A stretch of DNA of 63,677 nucleotides, counting the filler, from Folioceros fuciformis (Eukaryota): NCBI GenBank assembly GCA_049999805.1. It is 17 parts of 17 records of this genome, joined end to end, with 100 filler letters (N's around TTAATTAATTAA, not from the genome) between each part and the next. Parts side by side here need not be neighbours in the genome. Positions count along the whole stretch, not along the records: positions 1 to 6,936 come from JBNGIO010005172.1; positions 7,037 to 9,656 come from JBNGIO010005175.1; positions 9,757 to 12,290 come from JBNGIO010005176.1; 14 more parts are not named here. The stretch is one strand, 5' to 3'. The stretch's first letter is position 1; each line of letters starts with the position of its first letter. Positions 1 through 11,560 of the stretch are shown here, in pieces. The position numbers and the translations under genes are program-made. The notes beneath the pieces are model-generated. The model had not been told where the DNA came from and ran no database searches. It saw only the letters and a list, made by a program, of their open reading frames with translations.

Positions 1-1
1 C

Positions 2-1384
2 TTGCCTGAAAACAAGAACAAAGTCACTCAGGCTGCTGCAAAGTCCATGCTTCATCTTGCTAGGCTTCCTCGCAGCTTTTGGGCCGAAGCAGTTGCAACC
101 GCTGTCTATATCCAGAACAGGCTGCCCACTCGTGCCTTCAACGATGCCACTCCCTTTGAAAGATGGACTGGTGTCAAGCCTCGCGTGGATCACCTTCGGA
201 TATGGGGCTGCCCTGCGTATGCACATACACCCGATGAGATCAATCGGAAAATGGACTTTAAAGCTACAAAGCACCTATTTATTGGCTATACGGATGACAT
301 CAAGGGCTACAAGCTTTATGATCCATCGCATCAACGATTCTTACACGCAAGAAACGTCATATTTGACGAGCAGTTTCTGTTGCAAGCTTCAGGAAAGCAC
401 AGGGACGTACCAGGCCTACAACGTCTAACGTCTTCTAAACAAGGTGCAACTGAACTTTCAACTCAAGATGAACCTCTGGTTACCTCTCATCATGCACCGG
501 TTGTTCCAGTCCAACTTGCAGATGTGTTCCCAGACGACAAGCCTGACCTCACTGCCGACGACTCTCATTCCGAGGCTAGTGAACATTCGAATAATGACCA
601 GCAGGAGAACTATGATGTCATGGACGATGACACTCCATCATCCCCTCCTGCAGCTGAGGAAGAAGTCGAGGAATAGTCTGCCGATCATGCTGAGGAACCA
701 GTCGATGAGCCTCCAGTTCTCAGAAGGTCATCTAGAACCCACACAACTAATCCAAGTCAGTAGGCAAACAAGCCGTTGGGTTATGAACTGGATGAGGCTT
801 ACAGGCAGCAAAGCTCTAATCTCACATCCAGTGACACCTTACCTCACAAGAATGCCTTACCTAGTACCTATGTTGCTCAAGCTTTGCTCGCAGCACAGGA
901 TCTTGGAGAGCCAGCCACTCTGAAGGAAGCCCTGTCCTCTCCCGAAGGCAAAAGCTGGCAAGCAGGCGTTGACTCGGAAAACCAGTCCCTCGTTGACAAC
1001 CAGACTTGGGAGCTGGTAGACCTGCCTCCAGGACGCAAGGCACTCACAGGCAAATGGGTGTTCAAGAAAAAGCTTAATCCTGATGGAACTGTGGCCAGAT
1101 ACAAGGCGAGATACGTGGTGCATGGATACAAGCAAGTCGAAGGACTTGATTTTCACGAGACTTTCTCACCTGTTGTACGGACGTCCTCTGTAAGGATGCT
1201 CTTTGCACTGGCTGCAGAATGCAAGCTTGACATCCAGCAGATGGATGTCAAGACCGCCTTCCTGCACGACACAATAGACGAAGAAATGTACATCACACAG
1301 CCAGAAGGTTATGTCAGTAAGAAGGAACCTCATAAGGTATGCAAGTTAAAGAAAAGCCTGTATGGCTTGAAACAGGCTAGTTAG
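2..1384 (+). mobile_element. Ty1/copia pol fragment (integrase C-terminal part plus RT N-terminal part), disrupted
   Basis: ORF 2..676 has FWAEAVATAVYIQNRLP and FIGY...GYKLYD. ORF 776..1384 has WVFKKK, RYKARYV, QMDVKTAFL and KKSLYGLKQ. A stop separates the two ORFs and RT ends at the foldback. Confidence 0.95.
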
Positions 1385-1843
1385 GGCATCCACTTTCGTT
1401 ACCCCCACTTAGACTGTATTCCCGCCGTCGTGAACTTCGCATGCGCCGTAAACCGCGCCAGTTCTCAGCTTCCGCATACTCTTCGTCTGCAGAATGAATT
1501 GCAGCTATGCTGAGTGTCGGCGGAATTTCTCACTTTGGCGTAGCTTCTCCTCCCTGCTAAGCTCAAGTCTGCCAGCCTTCTAGAGCATCGGTCTATTCCC
1601 GGAAAATCTTCTCTACTCCCAGGAGGCAACGCAGATCAGTAGTACAATCAGGAGCAGCAAGAAAAAGCTGCCGTCCAAGTGAGAAATCCTGCCAACACTC
1701 AGCATAGCTGCAATTCGTTCTGCAGACGAAGAGTATGCGGAGGTTGAGAACTAGCGCGGTTTACGGCGCATGCGAAGTTCACGACGGCTGGAATATAGTC
1801 TAAGTGGGGGTAACGAAAGTGGATGCCCTAACTAGCCTGTTTC
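1369..1843. repeat. Long inverted repeat (foldback or MITE-like), arms ~175 bp, spacer ~120 bp
   Basis: GAAACAGGCTAGTTAGGGCATCCACTTTCG... at 1369 is the reverse complement of ...CGAAAGTGGATGCCCTAACTAGCCTGTTTC ending at 1843. The arms (about 1369-1545 and 1665-1843) align with scattered substitutions. Confidence 0.95.
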
Positions 1844-2290
1844 CCGGCGTCAAGTAGTGTTTAGGTCATAACGTGAATATATATATATAAACAAACGGTA
1901 CTCTATCGAACCGATAACCGTCAACCGGCGTACCGGTTCACGGGACACGGCCTTATATGCCTCACACACACATACACATGTATCTTTAATCTAAGCTTCT
2001 TCCTCTACACTGTGTGCTATCGATCCTACGCTAGGCTTGTGAATAAATAATACATATGGCTACTAACAACCTACTTGCCCTTTTCCTTGGTCTATGATTT
2101 TTAGGTGTTTTCTACATTGATGTGCTAACCTATGTAAATGTGCCACGGCACCGCCCCTCACATACATCATGATGCACATGGATTACCAAATATCCTTAGC
2201 GTGAGTCTCTAGACGTGAAAATAATAGAGCAGCAAGACGAATCGCACCCTACTCAACATCCAAGGTTCGTAACTAGCCACTTTCCTATGT

Positions 2291-2427
2291 CATGTTAGGT
2301 GCATAAGTACGTAGGGCAACTTGTACATTGCATATTTTATGCTACCTTGTGTGGCACACTGTGGTATACATGTTAGGTGCATAAGTACGTAGTGCAGCTT
2401 GTACATTGCATATTTTATGCTGCCTTG
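2291..2427. repeat. ~58-bp direct repeat, 2 copies, period 78 bp
   Basis: CATGTTAGGTGCATAAGTACGTAG...TTGTACATTGCATATTTTATGCT at 2291 and 2369. Confidence 0.85.
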
Positions 2428-3796
2428 CACTGTGTTTTGTTGTGTTGTGTTGTGTCATGTCGTGTTGTGTGCTTGCAGATGCACATACATGTGATTGACA
2501 TGTTTGCACTTCAAAGTTTACTCTTGGATTTTGTAATATATTCATGTTCTTAGGAGTAGCCTTGCATGTTTCCCTGCTTCCTGGCATGCACTATAAGAAG
2601 GTTTGATCGGCTACGTAATGCACTTTATTTTTGTAGTGATGAATCTGATGATCAGTGAAAAAAGGATTTGGTGAGTAGCGTGTGTTTAAGGCTGACAGGC
2701 TGGGAAGGTCATCCCCCCGCACAAGGGGGAAGCGTCACATTTCGGAAGGTACGACATGGCAACCCAGCCAAGTGGGTGGTCGCCATTTCCCAAACGCGGA
2801 GTGTACGAGCATTAATGATCTTGTGTGATAGTGTTGCGCTGCCTGTGCACCATGTTGGACTGCGCGCCCCAAGTTGCGGTCATTAATCCACTCGGCTTTT
2901 GTCGTATTCTTGAGGCGGCTGACAGGTGGTGCCTAGTCGAGCCAGCTACTATTGCTTCATTGCAGCGTGAACCTTCAATGGTTTGCTGTCGTGCTAGGGC
3001 AATGTTGGGATGAGTCGAGCCCTGAGCTTGGCCAACACCCACTTGAAGCTTGGGGTTCCGGCTTGCACATTAAGCATTTGTACATGTATCCTAGTGTTGT
3101 TTCCCACTACTCTGCATGTCACAGATTGCGGCACAATCTGCTGCAAGTGAGGGCAATCCATGTCCAAAAAATGGAAGATTCTAATTCCACTTCAGATCCG
3201 TTCTGATTCGGTTCTGAGCCTTGTTGTTTGCTATGCATGTTCATGGGGGAATGCAACCTAAGGAGCATGGGACTAGTCCTCGTTACAGACTGAGATCCTG
3301 TGACATCCCTGGACAAAGCACCCCACCTAGACGTGCATACACACAACGGAGGAGGGCAGCCAAGAGGTAGGAGCAATCTCAAGAGTTTATGGAAGTCAGC
3401 TTCGACCTCGACACTCCACCTTCAACAGCAAGGCCATCAACGAGCTGGTCCCCATTTACAAGTTTCCTCATCTCCGAGCCTTCAACTTTGGAGGGAGAGC
3501 AAGCTCCATTTCAAAGCTAGCTACCTGAGGAGGAGACACAGGGAGAGTTCTTGTTAGAGCAATCCTTGGGCCATACACCCTTGGAGCAACCCCACTTGCC
3601 AACTTGGGGTGGGTAGCCTTCAGTTCACTCAGGCCTTAGATTTCCTTATCCAGGACAGCAATACATCAGCCAGTCACGTGCTGAGGATTCTGAAGACTCA
3701 GACGACATGGAGGGAGGAGCACCTTACAGGCATGAGAGATTTTCAGGGAGGCCAGGTACATAGCCCCTACAGGACTTTAGGTTATTTGTCAATGGC

Positions 3797-4744
3797 ATGA
3801 TCAGTCGGGTTAAGTTTAAACATGGTGCTACGTACAACCACCTCTACATGTTTGAACAATTGGCTGGGCATCTAGCAGACGAGGCCCTAGACTTGTATGA
3901 GGTGCACCAAGCTGAAATTACAGCAACGGTGGCCACACCTAACCCCCTGTTCCAGAATGCATTGCAACTTACAATGCATAGCTTACAATGCTAAGCTAGC
4001 TAATGCAATTAGTGCTCACAAGGCTAGTATTGCTGCTAGAAGCATTGCAGCCACAGTGCAACCACCAACAGTGGTCAGCCTAACAACAATAGAAATGGCT
4101 GCAGCTACTACAGGTGTGGATGCTGACATCCTCACACCCAAGCATGCCAACCCAGTGGAAGACTTTTTGGGGATTTTGGAAAAGGCTTTTCCCCTCAAGA
4201 CACCTAAGAAGATTGCGGAGTTGGCAAGTTTTGCGTGCAAGAAAGGTGAAACTGTTAAGATGACCTTCCGTCGACTACAGAAATTGCGAGAGGGTACAGG
4301 AATGCTAACAGACCAGGAGGCAGCACAAAAATTCCTCACTGCACTAGAAGGTGATCCACTTTTCCACTTTCAGCTCTTCACATCCCTTGTGGATAAGTGT
4401 GGAGACAGTTATACTTTGGAGCAGGTGCATGAGGAGGCGGAGAAGAAGAAATTGCATTCTCAGCATATGCCTCAAGGCATTCCAAGGCCTTCACGCATTA
4501 TCAAAGCATGTTCTCTAGTAAGAACATAGCTGCTGAGAGTGTAGGTGTTGGGGCATCCAAGTCTACTCAAGCTAAGCCAGCCAAAGTAGGAGCTGCAGCA
4601 ACCTTGGAGGCTTTGTGCAATCGCTGTAGCAGTCTGGAGTACATAGCTCCAGCCTGCAAGTGCCCTCCTGAAGGACTGCTTTGCTCTCATTGCCAGAAGC
4701 CTGGACATCTTGTGACTCTATGTTTCCAGAAGCATCCAAAGTGA
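3797..4744 (+). pseudogene. Retrotransposon gag with tandem zinc knuckles (frameshifted)
   Basis: CNRCSSLEYIAPAC (degenerate, H to Y) and CSHCQKPGHLVTLC (perfect CX2CX4HX4C) at about 4616-4723, with capsid-like helices upstream. Confidence 0.75.
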
Positions 4745-5713
4745 AGGCAACAGCGAGGGGGCACCACAAATGTTGTAGGGACAGCTCCCACTTCCACTGA
4801 TTCAAGCCCCTCGGCTACAGGCGATTCAGGAGTCTCACGTAGCAAACAGCAGCGAGAGAAGACCAAGGCCAAGGTGGCTACTAATGCAAACAAGCTCACT
4901 TCACTGGAAGCAACCGTGGCTGCTCTTGCCACACAGGTGGGGGCACTTTCAGCTAGCATCTCTAGCAGCGTAGCTGCTTCCAAGCCAGCTGGGACAACCA
5001 CACTGGCGGCATCACCAATAGAGGATGATGAGGACTATGGGCTACCGCATGACGCTGTACAGTAGATGTGGCAGCATCAGCATCACAGCCAAGTTCCCCC
5101 CTACCTTCTACATGGGTAGGATAAGACCTTCAGTGGTTGACCATGGCTGCAGCAGCTGGATCTACTGGACCTGTCACACGTCAGCGTGGGGCAAGGGCTG
5201 CCATGCCTCAGTCTTTCACCCCCCTTCCTCCTGGAGCATCCATCCCGGTGCGGGGACAGGATCACTTGGATGATGGACAGCTAAATATGGCTGGTCTAGG
5301 ATTACAAGACAGGTCACCTACGCATACAGGGTGCCCGACCTATTCAAGCTGGGGGTTGATGTCATCTCTTGCCACATGTGATGAGAACTGAGCAATTGGC
5401 CCAACGCTTGGCAACTGCGCCGTTGTTTTTAGTTTAAGACATGTGCATCAGTCCTGGGCAGTTGAGCCAGGCCTTGAGGAGTGGAGAATCAACTACATTT
5501 GTCATAATGACTGTTGGAACAACTAATATTGAATGAGCTACAGGTTTGCCAACAACCTCAGCCACAAACATGTCATTTTCAGCAATGGATATGGCTCCAC
5601 AGTGGGACCTGGGATCTATGCTAGGCGTATACACCTCTCAATGTGCCACGTCCATGCCAAGTTGCCCTCATGTGCAGCCCACCAACCACATGAAGGTGTG
5701 TGTCGGCAATACC

Positions 5714-6088
5714 ATGGTGGATAACCGAGAGGGGCATGTCACTGTCAACAGATATGCACCAAAGATGGTCCTATTGGATACTAGGGCGCAGCCCATCATC
5801 ATCGACAAGACCCTTGCTGCAAGGCTGCGATTCGGTGGAGATGCTCTCAAAGCATCACCGTGGAACATCAGGACAACATCTGGGTCAATTGAGCCTATCT
5901 GTGGAGAGACTGTACAGCCAGTTACCATTACGTTGAAGCTTGGCACAGCCTCCTCCATGACGCTTGCCTTGCATTGTCTAGTGACCACGGCCACAAATTA
6001 TGATGTGCTTCTTGATCAAGAGTTCCTCTTCCCTCCAGGCATAGGCGTGGACAACTGGTTCGAGCTTGCCTACTATAGACCTGATTAG
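5714..6088 (+). pseudogene. Retropepsin-like aspartic protease
   Basis: VLLDTRAQPIII (DTGA motif with G to R), flap IRTTSG, and C-terminal YDVLLDQEFL (D-x-L-L-G motif with G to D). Confidence 0.8.
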
Positions 6089-6476
6089 AGGAACGGAGGT
6101 CAACAGGTGGCCTACTTGCCTCTTGATCTCCATGGAGCCAGTGAGGTGGACACTGCAACCTTGATTGCTCCACTGGTGCTTGCATGCACCTTGATTCTTG
6201 ACACCAGGCAAGTGGACACTTAGCTGGATACCAATCTTAATGACGAGGATGGAATGATGGACCAGCCAGGTTAGTCATTAGCAGCAACCTCGTGCTTGAG
6301 GGATGTGTTGTTGAAAAATGACATGGGTGACCCGTCTGCAGACATCTTGCATTTGGCCACCCCACATGTGCAATTGGCCCTTCAAAGGATGCAGCCACCT
6401 CCTACACCAGATGAGCAACCCACGCTTGGCGATGTCAATCAGTCCATCATAGCATGGACACCCTCTGCACCTGGCT

Positions 6477-6744
6477 TTGACAGTTCTGGAACTGTTTGGG
6501 GGCCTATGCCCTGGATTGGAAGCCATGCTGCAGAATGGGCTGGTTGTGGCCCAATACATTTATTGTGACAAGTGTCCCATAGCCAAGAAGCTAGCTACTT
6601 TTCAAATTCAGGGACTTCAATCCCAATTTTCAGCATGGTTGCCACTCATTGCCATGGCTGCCATGTTTACAGCCCTTCCACAGGATGTCCAGTACATCCA
6701 GGTTGGGCACATTCAGCGCCTACCACCCATAGACATCGTAGTGG
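6477..6744 (+). pseudogene. C5-cytosine DNA methyltransferase, N-terminal half (motifs I-III and the lead-in to motif IV)
   Basis: TVLELFGGLCPGLEAML (SAM-binding motif I), YIYCD (motif II acidic residue), LPQDVQYI (motif III), then PPIDIVV, which in DNMT3/DRM-type enzymes precedes G-x-P-C. Spacing parallels DNMT3 VLSLFDGIATG / YIASE / GDV / PFDLVIGGSPC. Confidence 0.8.
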
Positions 6745-6936
6745 TGTCAATAGGATCGACTCCAGTCTACGTGCAAGTGTAGAAGAGGAGAGGAGAGAAG
6801 AGAGGGTGGTATTGGTGATCACAACCATGAAAACAATACACATCACCACTGTCTTACTATGGAGGTCCGAGGTCTCCATTTAAGTAGTACATTTAGGGCT
6901 ACACAACTTCCAGGTTCAATATGGGATAATCTACAC
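6745..6936 (-). mobile_element. LTR-like insertion truncating the DNMT domain
   Basis: Abrupt start TGTCAA at 6745 and non-coding composition. It shares CAATATGGGATAAT with the reverse-oriented copia LTR at ~17822. Confidence 0.6.
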
Positions 6937-7036
6937 NNNNNNNNNNNNNNNNNNNNNNNNNNNNNNNNNNNNNNNNNNNNTTAATTAATTAANNNNNNNN
7001 NNNNNNNNNNNNNNNNNNNNNNNNNNNNNNNNNNNN
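6937..7036. other. Artificial contig linker (N44-TTAATTAATTAA-N44), first of 16
   Basis: Identical 100-bp spacers with six-frame stops also start at 9657, 12291, 17494, 25267, 26602, 28888, 38201, 39852, 43047, 47586, 52755, 56693, 58297, 60203 and 62125. A plain 100-N gap lies at 62971-63070. Confidence 0.98.
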
Positions 7037-9656
7037 ACTTCTCCAGATATACGTGGACTTTCCCTTTAAAGTTGAAAAGTGAGGTTTTTGAAACCATATC
7101 TAATTGGATTGTGATGGTTCAAAGACAGACTGGACATCTTGTCAAGTGCTTTCGAACATACAATGGAGGGGAGTTCACTGGACATCAGTTTGATGACCTA
7201 TTCACACAGTTTGGCATTGTTCGTCAGCTCTCTATTCCATACACCCAATAGCAAAACGGTGTTGCAGAGAGGAAAAACCAAACCCTAATGGGAATGGTTA
7301 GAAGCATGCTATCTTGGTCAGCTCTACCTAAGACTTATTGGGCAGAGGCTATTGTGAGTGCTACTTACATTCTTAATAGGGTAGTCACTTCCACACTTCC
7401 TGGTAGAACACCTTACGAAGCTTTTTGGGGACGAAAACCAAGTCTGTTACATTTGAGGGTCTTCGAGTCACCTGCTTTTGCCTATATACCTAAACCCAAA
7501 CGGAGAAAGTTAGATGACAGGTCTAAATCTCTCATTTTCCTTGGTTATTCAGAAGAGTCAAAGGCATACAAGCTTTTTGACCCAGTAACAGCAAAAATAA
7601 CCTTGTCCAGAAGTGTCACCTTCAAAGAACTTCTGTCCCCTAGGACAGATCTTCTAGTTGATGATACTCTCTCATGTGAACCTGTTCAAGATAATAATCC
7701 TGAACTTGAAGATGGGGATGATCAACTGGCCCCTGTGCAGTATCCGTCTTCAGATGGGGCTTCACCTACACAATCATACATCGATGATGTCTTTACTCTT
7801 CCTGCTGACAGTGATTCTGTTAGTGATACTTCTGACCTGGGTATTGAGGCCTCTGGTGATGATACACAGTCTCTTGCTTCAGTAGACAACAGTGACAATA
7901 ATGATGTCCTTGACCTTCCTAATCCTTCTGATGAAGATCGTGTAGCACCTGTGGCAGTGGACTCAGATTCCCCTCTAGATCCTCACTCTCGTTATCCCAC
8001 TAGAGACAGACATCCTAGGGCTGAGTGGAATGAGGTCCCATACAGCTCAATTGATTTCAGGAAACATGCTGCCAATATCACTGACCTGCATGTTCCGGAG
8101 ATCAGGCCTGATCCATAGAGTTACACTGAAGCTCTAACTGGACCAGATGGTAAACACTAGCAGGTCTCCATAAACGACGAGTACAATTCGTTGGTCAAAA
8201 ACCGTACTTGGGAACTTGCAGATTTACCTCCTGGAAGAAAGCCTATCACCTGCAAATGGGTTTTTAAAACCAAGTTGAAGTCAGATGGCACAATTGCCCG
8301 ATACAAGTCCAGACTTGTTGCTAGAGGGTTTTCACAAATACCTGGCATAGACTATGGAGACACATTCTCCCCTGTTGTCAAGCCTCCTTCAGTCTGAATC
8401 TTACTTGCTATGGCAGCTGAGTTTGATTTAGAACTGCACCAGATGGACGTCTGTACAACGTTTCTTCATGGTGAGCTCGAAGAGGTATTGTTCATGGAAC
8501 AGCCTGAGGGGTTTGTTGATAAGGACAGTCCACACAAAGTCTGTAAGCTATTGAAGACCCTGTATGGCCTTAAGCAGAGTCCCCGTGCCTGGTACAAGTG
8601 TATTATGACATTCTTGAAGAAACATGACTTCGTTCAGTCACCAACTGACTCAAATGTTTTTTACCTAGTTTCAGGTGACCTGTTTGTCATCTTGGCGCTA
8701 TACGTTGATGATGCCATTTTGCTAAGCAACAGTATAGCTCAGCTTGATGCAGTTAAGGTCCTTTTACGCTCAGAGTTTGAGATGTCTGATCAGGGCCCCT
8801 TACAGTATTGTCTTGGCATCCAGATCCTGCACATCAAGACACAAGGGTCAATAGTCCTTCATCAAACAAAATATTTGAAGGAGATTCTAAAACGCTTTGA
8901 TATGGATGCTGCTAAGTCAGTCTCGACGCCATCAGCAGTGGGGGAAAAACTTACCAAAGAACAGTCTCCACTTCCTGGTGATGATCACCTTACAATGTCT
9001 ATTGTGCCATATGCTGAAGCTGTGGGCTGTTTGATCTTTCTGGCTAACTAGACACATCCAGACATATCTTACTCTGTCAGTATAGTGTCCCAGTTTCTGC
9101 AAAACCCTAACAAAGCCCACTGGTCAGCAGTTAAGCGCATCTATAGATACCTAACAGGTACTCTTAATTATGGTCTGCACTATGTAGCTAGTGGACAGAA
9201 ATAGTTCTTACTCACAGCATTCGCAGATGTTGATTGGGCATCTGATGCTGACTCCCGTAGGAGCCTCTCAGCATATGTTTTCCTACTGGCTACAGGAGCT
9301 GTGAACTGGTCCTGTAAAAAGCAAACCTCCTTGGCACTGTCGTCCACTGAGGCTGAGTACAAAGCCCTGACAGATGCATGCAAGGAGTTAGAGTGGGAGA
9401 GACAATTCCTGGAAGCAATTCACTTACCTCAGACTAGCCCCACTACTCTGCTATGCGACAATATGTCTGCTATAGCACTTGTTCAGAACCCGAGGTTCCA
9501 TGCCAGGACCAAAGACATCAAACTTTATCACCATTATGTTCGTGATGTAGCTGAAAGGGGCATAGTCAGAGTTCAGTATGTCAGTACCAATGAAAATACT
9601 GCTGACATCTTTACCAAGGGTCTGTCCAAGGAGAAGCACTTCAAACACCTAGAAGC
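7037..9656 (+). mobile_element. Ty1/copia pol (INT-RT-RNase H) with multiple premature stops
   Basis: [29 protein letters not shown], and SSTEAEY / CDNMSAI / HARTK / ADIFTK, in copia order INT-RT-RH. Confidence 0.96.
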
Positions 9657-9756
9657 NNNNNNNNNNNNNNNNNNNNNNNNNNNNNNNNNNNNNNNNNNNN
9701 TTAATTAATTAANNNNNNNNNNNNNNNNNNNNNNNNNNNNNNNNNNNNNNNNNNNN

Positions 9757-10723
9757 CGTGCTTTTCTTTGAGGATACATGGGCTGAAGGTGGAGCCTCTC
9801 TTTTTGGTTCGCCATTTTGTTTCTTGCGGCATTCAGATTCTAAATGGCCAGGAATTCTGCACCATGTGCACTGGCCTTTCTTTGAAGTACCTGACTTGAC
9901 TGAGGATGACCAAGAAGGTGCACGAGGAGCGCCGGGCTTGTAATGTGGACGAGGGCCACCTTGAGCACGTCGTCCTCGACCTCGAGAAACAAACATGGCT
10001 CGTGCAGCATTGTTAGAGGAGGAGCCTCAACCACGAATGTGAGTAGCTTCCTCATTCAGTAGAGCACCAATGATATCTGATAATGTGATTGGCGATGGTG
10101 TCCCTGCAGCCACTGCTACTTGGGCAGTGGTGATGTGCTGATTTTGTGTACTCACAAAGCTGTTGTACTTCTCTGGAAGTGACATGAGAAGAGCCACTGC
10201 AGCTTGGAGTTCATCCACAGTTGTGCGAGCAGTAATAAGTTTGGTGCGTAGCATCCGAAACCGGCTGACGTGATTCTCAACTGTGTCACCATATCGCATT
10301 CTCAGATTATAGAAGTCGCATGTGGCGTGAACCAGTGACGTCACGCTCTTCTTTTGGTGGACTTGGCAGAGAGAGTCCCAGATTGCCTTGGAACTTGTAG
10401 CCTCTCGAGCATGAGACATCATGCTTAAGTCCAGTGCTAACTGAAGCACATTTTGGGCACAAAGGTCCTTGAGTTTCCAGGCATGCTGGTCTGCAATACT
10501 TTGCTGTGTTGCGCCTGTTGCAGGTGTTGCAGGCATTGCAGTTGAGCCTGTAACATAGTCCCAGAGCTCCTACTCTTGGAGAATGGTTCGTACTCTAATC
10601 ATTCAGATATCAAAATGCTGGCCGTTGAGCCTATCTCTATCTTTAAAGTCATACTTAAAGTTGTTGACAGTGATATTTGCAAGGGGATTAGTATTAGTCA
10701 TGAAGGTATACTGACTGAATTGC
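9757..10723 (-). mobile_element. Ty1/copia gag with stops and a CCHC knuckle
   Basis: FKDRDRLNGQHFDI, LLMSLPEKY, LLNEE, CTWCRIPGHLESEC. Confidence 0.9.
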
Positions 10724-11560
10724 ATTTGACTAAGGTCAAATAAACGGTCAAGAGACAAGGAAGAGGCACTATGTAAGGAACTTGACGAGGATGACGAACT
10801 GCTAGAAGAAGACCTGGGTGAAGATGCTGGACTGCTAGGGGGAGACATTGAATGTTGTTCGTCCTGCTGGGTAGCAAACAGTGCCGAGGCTGGTGTGTCT
10901 GCTGTATACGAAGGAGTCTGTGGAGGATCTGAAAAGGTGTAGTCTTCTACTTCTAAGGCACCAAACGGGTCCTCTGGAAGGACGGGTACTAGTAATGTTT
11001 CAAGTGACTCTTCAGCTAGTGACGGTTGACGAAGCTCTTCAGATCCAGTCCTTGCAGACGATGTTTCAGGTCTCGTCCTTGAAGGCGTCGATTCAGATCT
11101 GGCAGGAGTTCTGCGAGGTGGTGTTCCTGTTGGACTCGGATCCCAATGTTCCGACATACTCAAATACCATCTTTCTTGATTTTGCCTCGATTGACATGTG
11201 CGTCAAGAGTGCAGCAACTTCGGAGATGACATCATCCTTGGTTCTTCCTTCAGGTAATCTTTCTGGCACTTCCGAAGAGAAGTTTGGCAAGATTTGCTGA
11301 AGATTGATGAAGGTGGATCTTTCTAGTTCAGCAGGTACTGCCTTTGTATCTTGTGGCTTCGATACTCTGTCCAGGTGCGCGACCTGTGTGAAGAGTGTGT
11401 TCAGGTCCTTTGACAGATGTTTACATCTGTAGTTAATACCGTCAATCTTGCTGCGATGGTGCTCCACTTGAACTTCACGCATTCGCCTGAAGTTGCACAA
11501 TGTTGCGTGCGTGTGACGGCGTTCCTCGGCAAACCGATCAAGGATCACCTTTGAGAACAC
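10724..11560 (-). other. Extra reading frame(s) upstream of copia gag (helical segment, then Ser/Pro-rich segment)
   Basis: ORF 10603..11163 runs in frame into gag and is overlapped by ORF 11093..11560. No recognisable domain. Confidence 0.4.

Larger units (their letters stand above)
3609..6744 (+). mobile_element. Decayed Ty3/gypsy-like retroelement: gag, two CCHC knuckles, aspartic protease, C5-cytosine DNA methyltransferase
   Basis: Co-linear frameshifted ORF pieces on one strand: gag-like (LADEALDLY; KKGETVKMTFRRLQKL), zinc knuckles, retropepsin, then DNMT motifs I-III. RT and integrase are not in the contig, so the superfamily is inferred. Confidence 0.75.

Noticed and set aside
6477-6782. 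Host DRM/DNMT3/CMT gene exon
   Set aside because: There is no splice structure or host regulatory domain, and it follows a retroviral-type protease on the same strand. It is better explained as TE cargo.
6937-7036. Recurrent TTAATTAATTAA palindrome flanked by Ns as a biological repeat
   Set aside because: It has a fixed 44+12+44 layout with stops in all six frames, so it is an assembly linker. Cross-linker gene neighbourhoods, such as PPR next to PPR, were therefore not interpreted.
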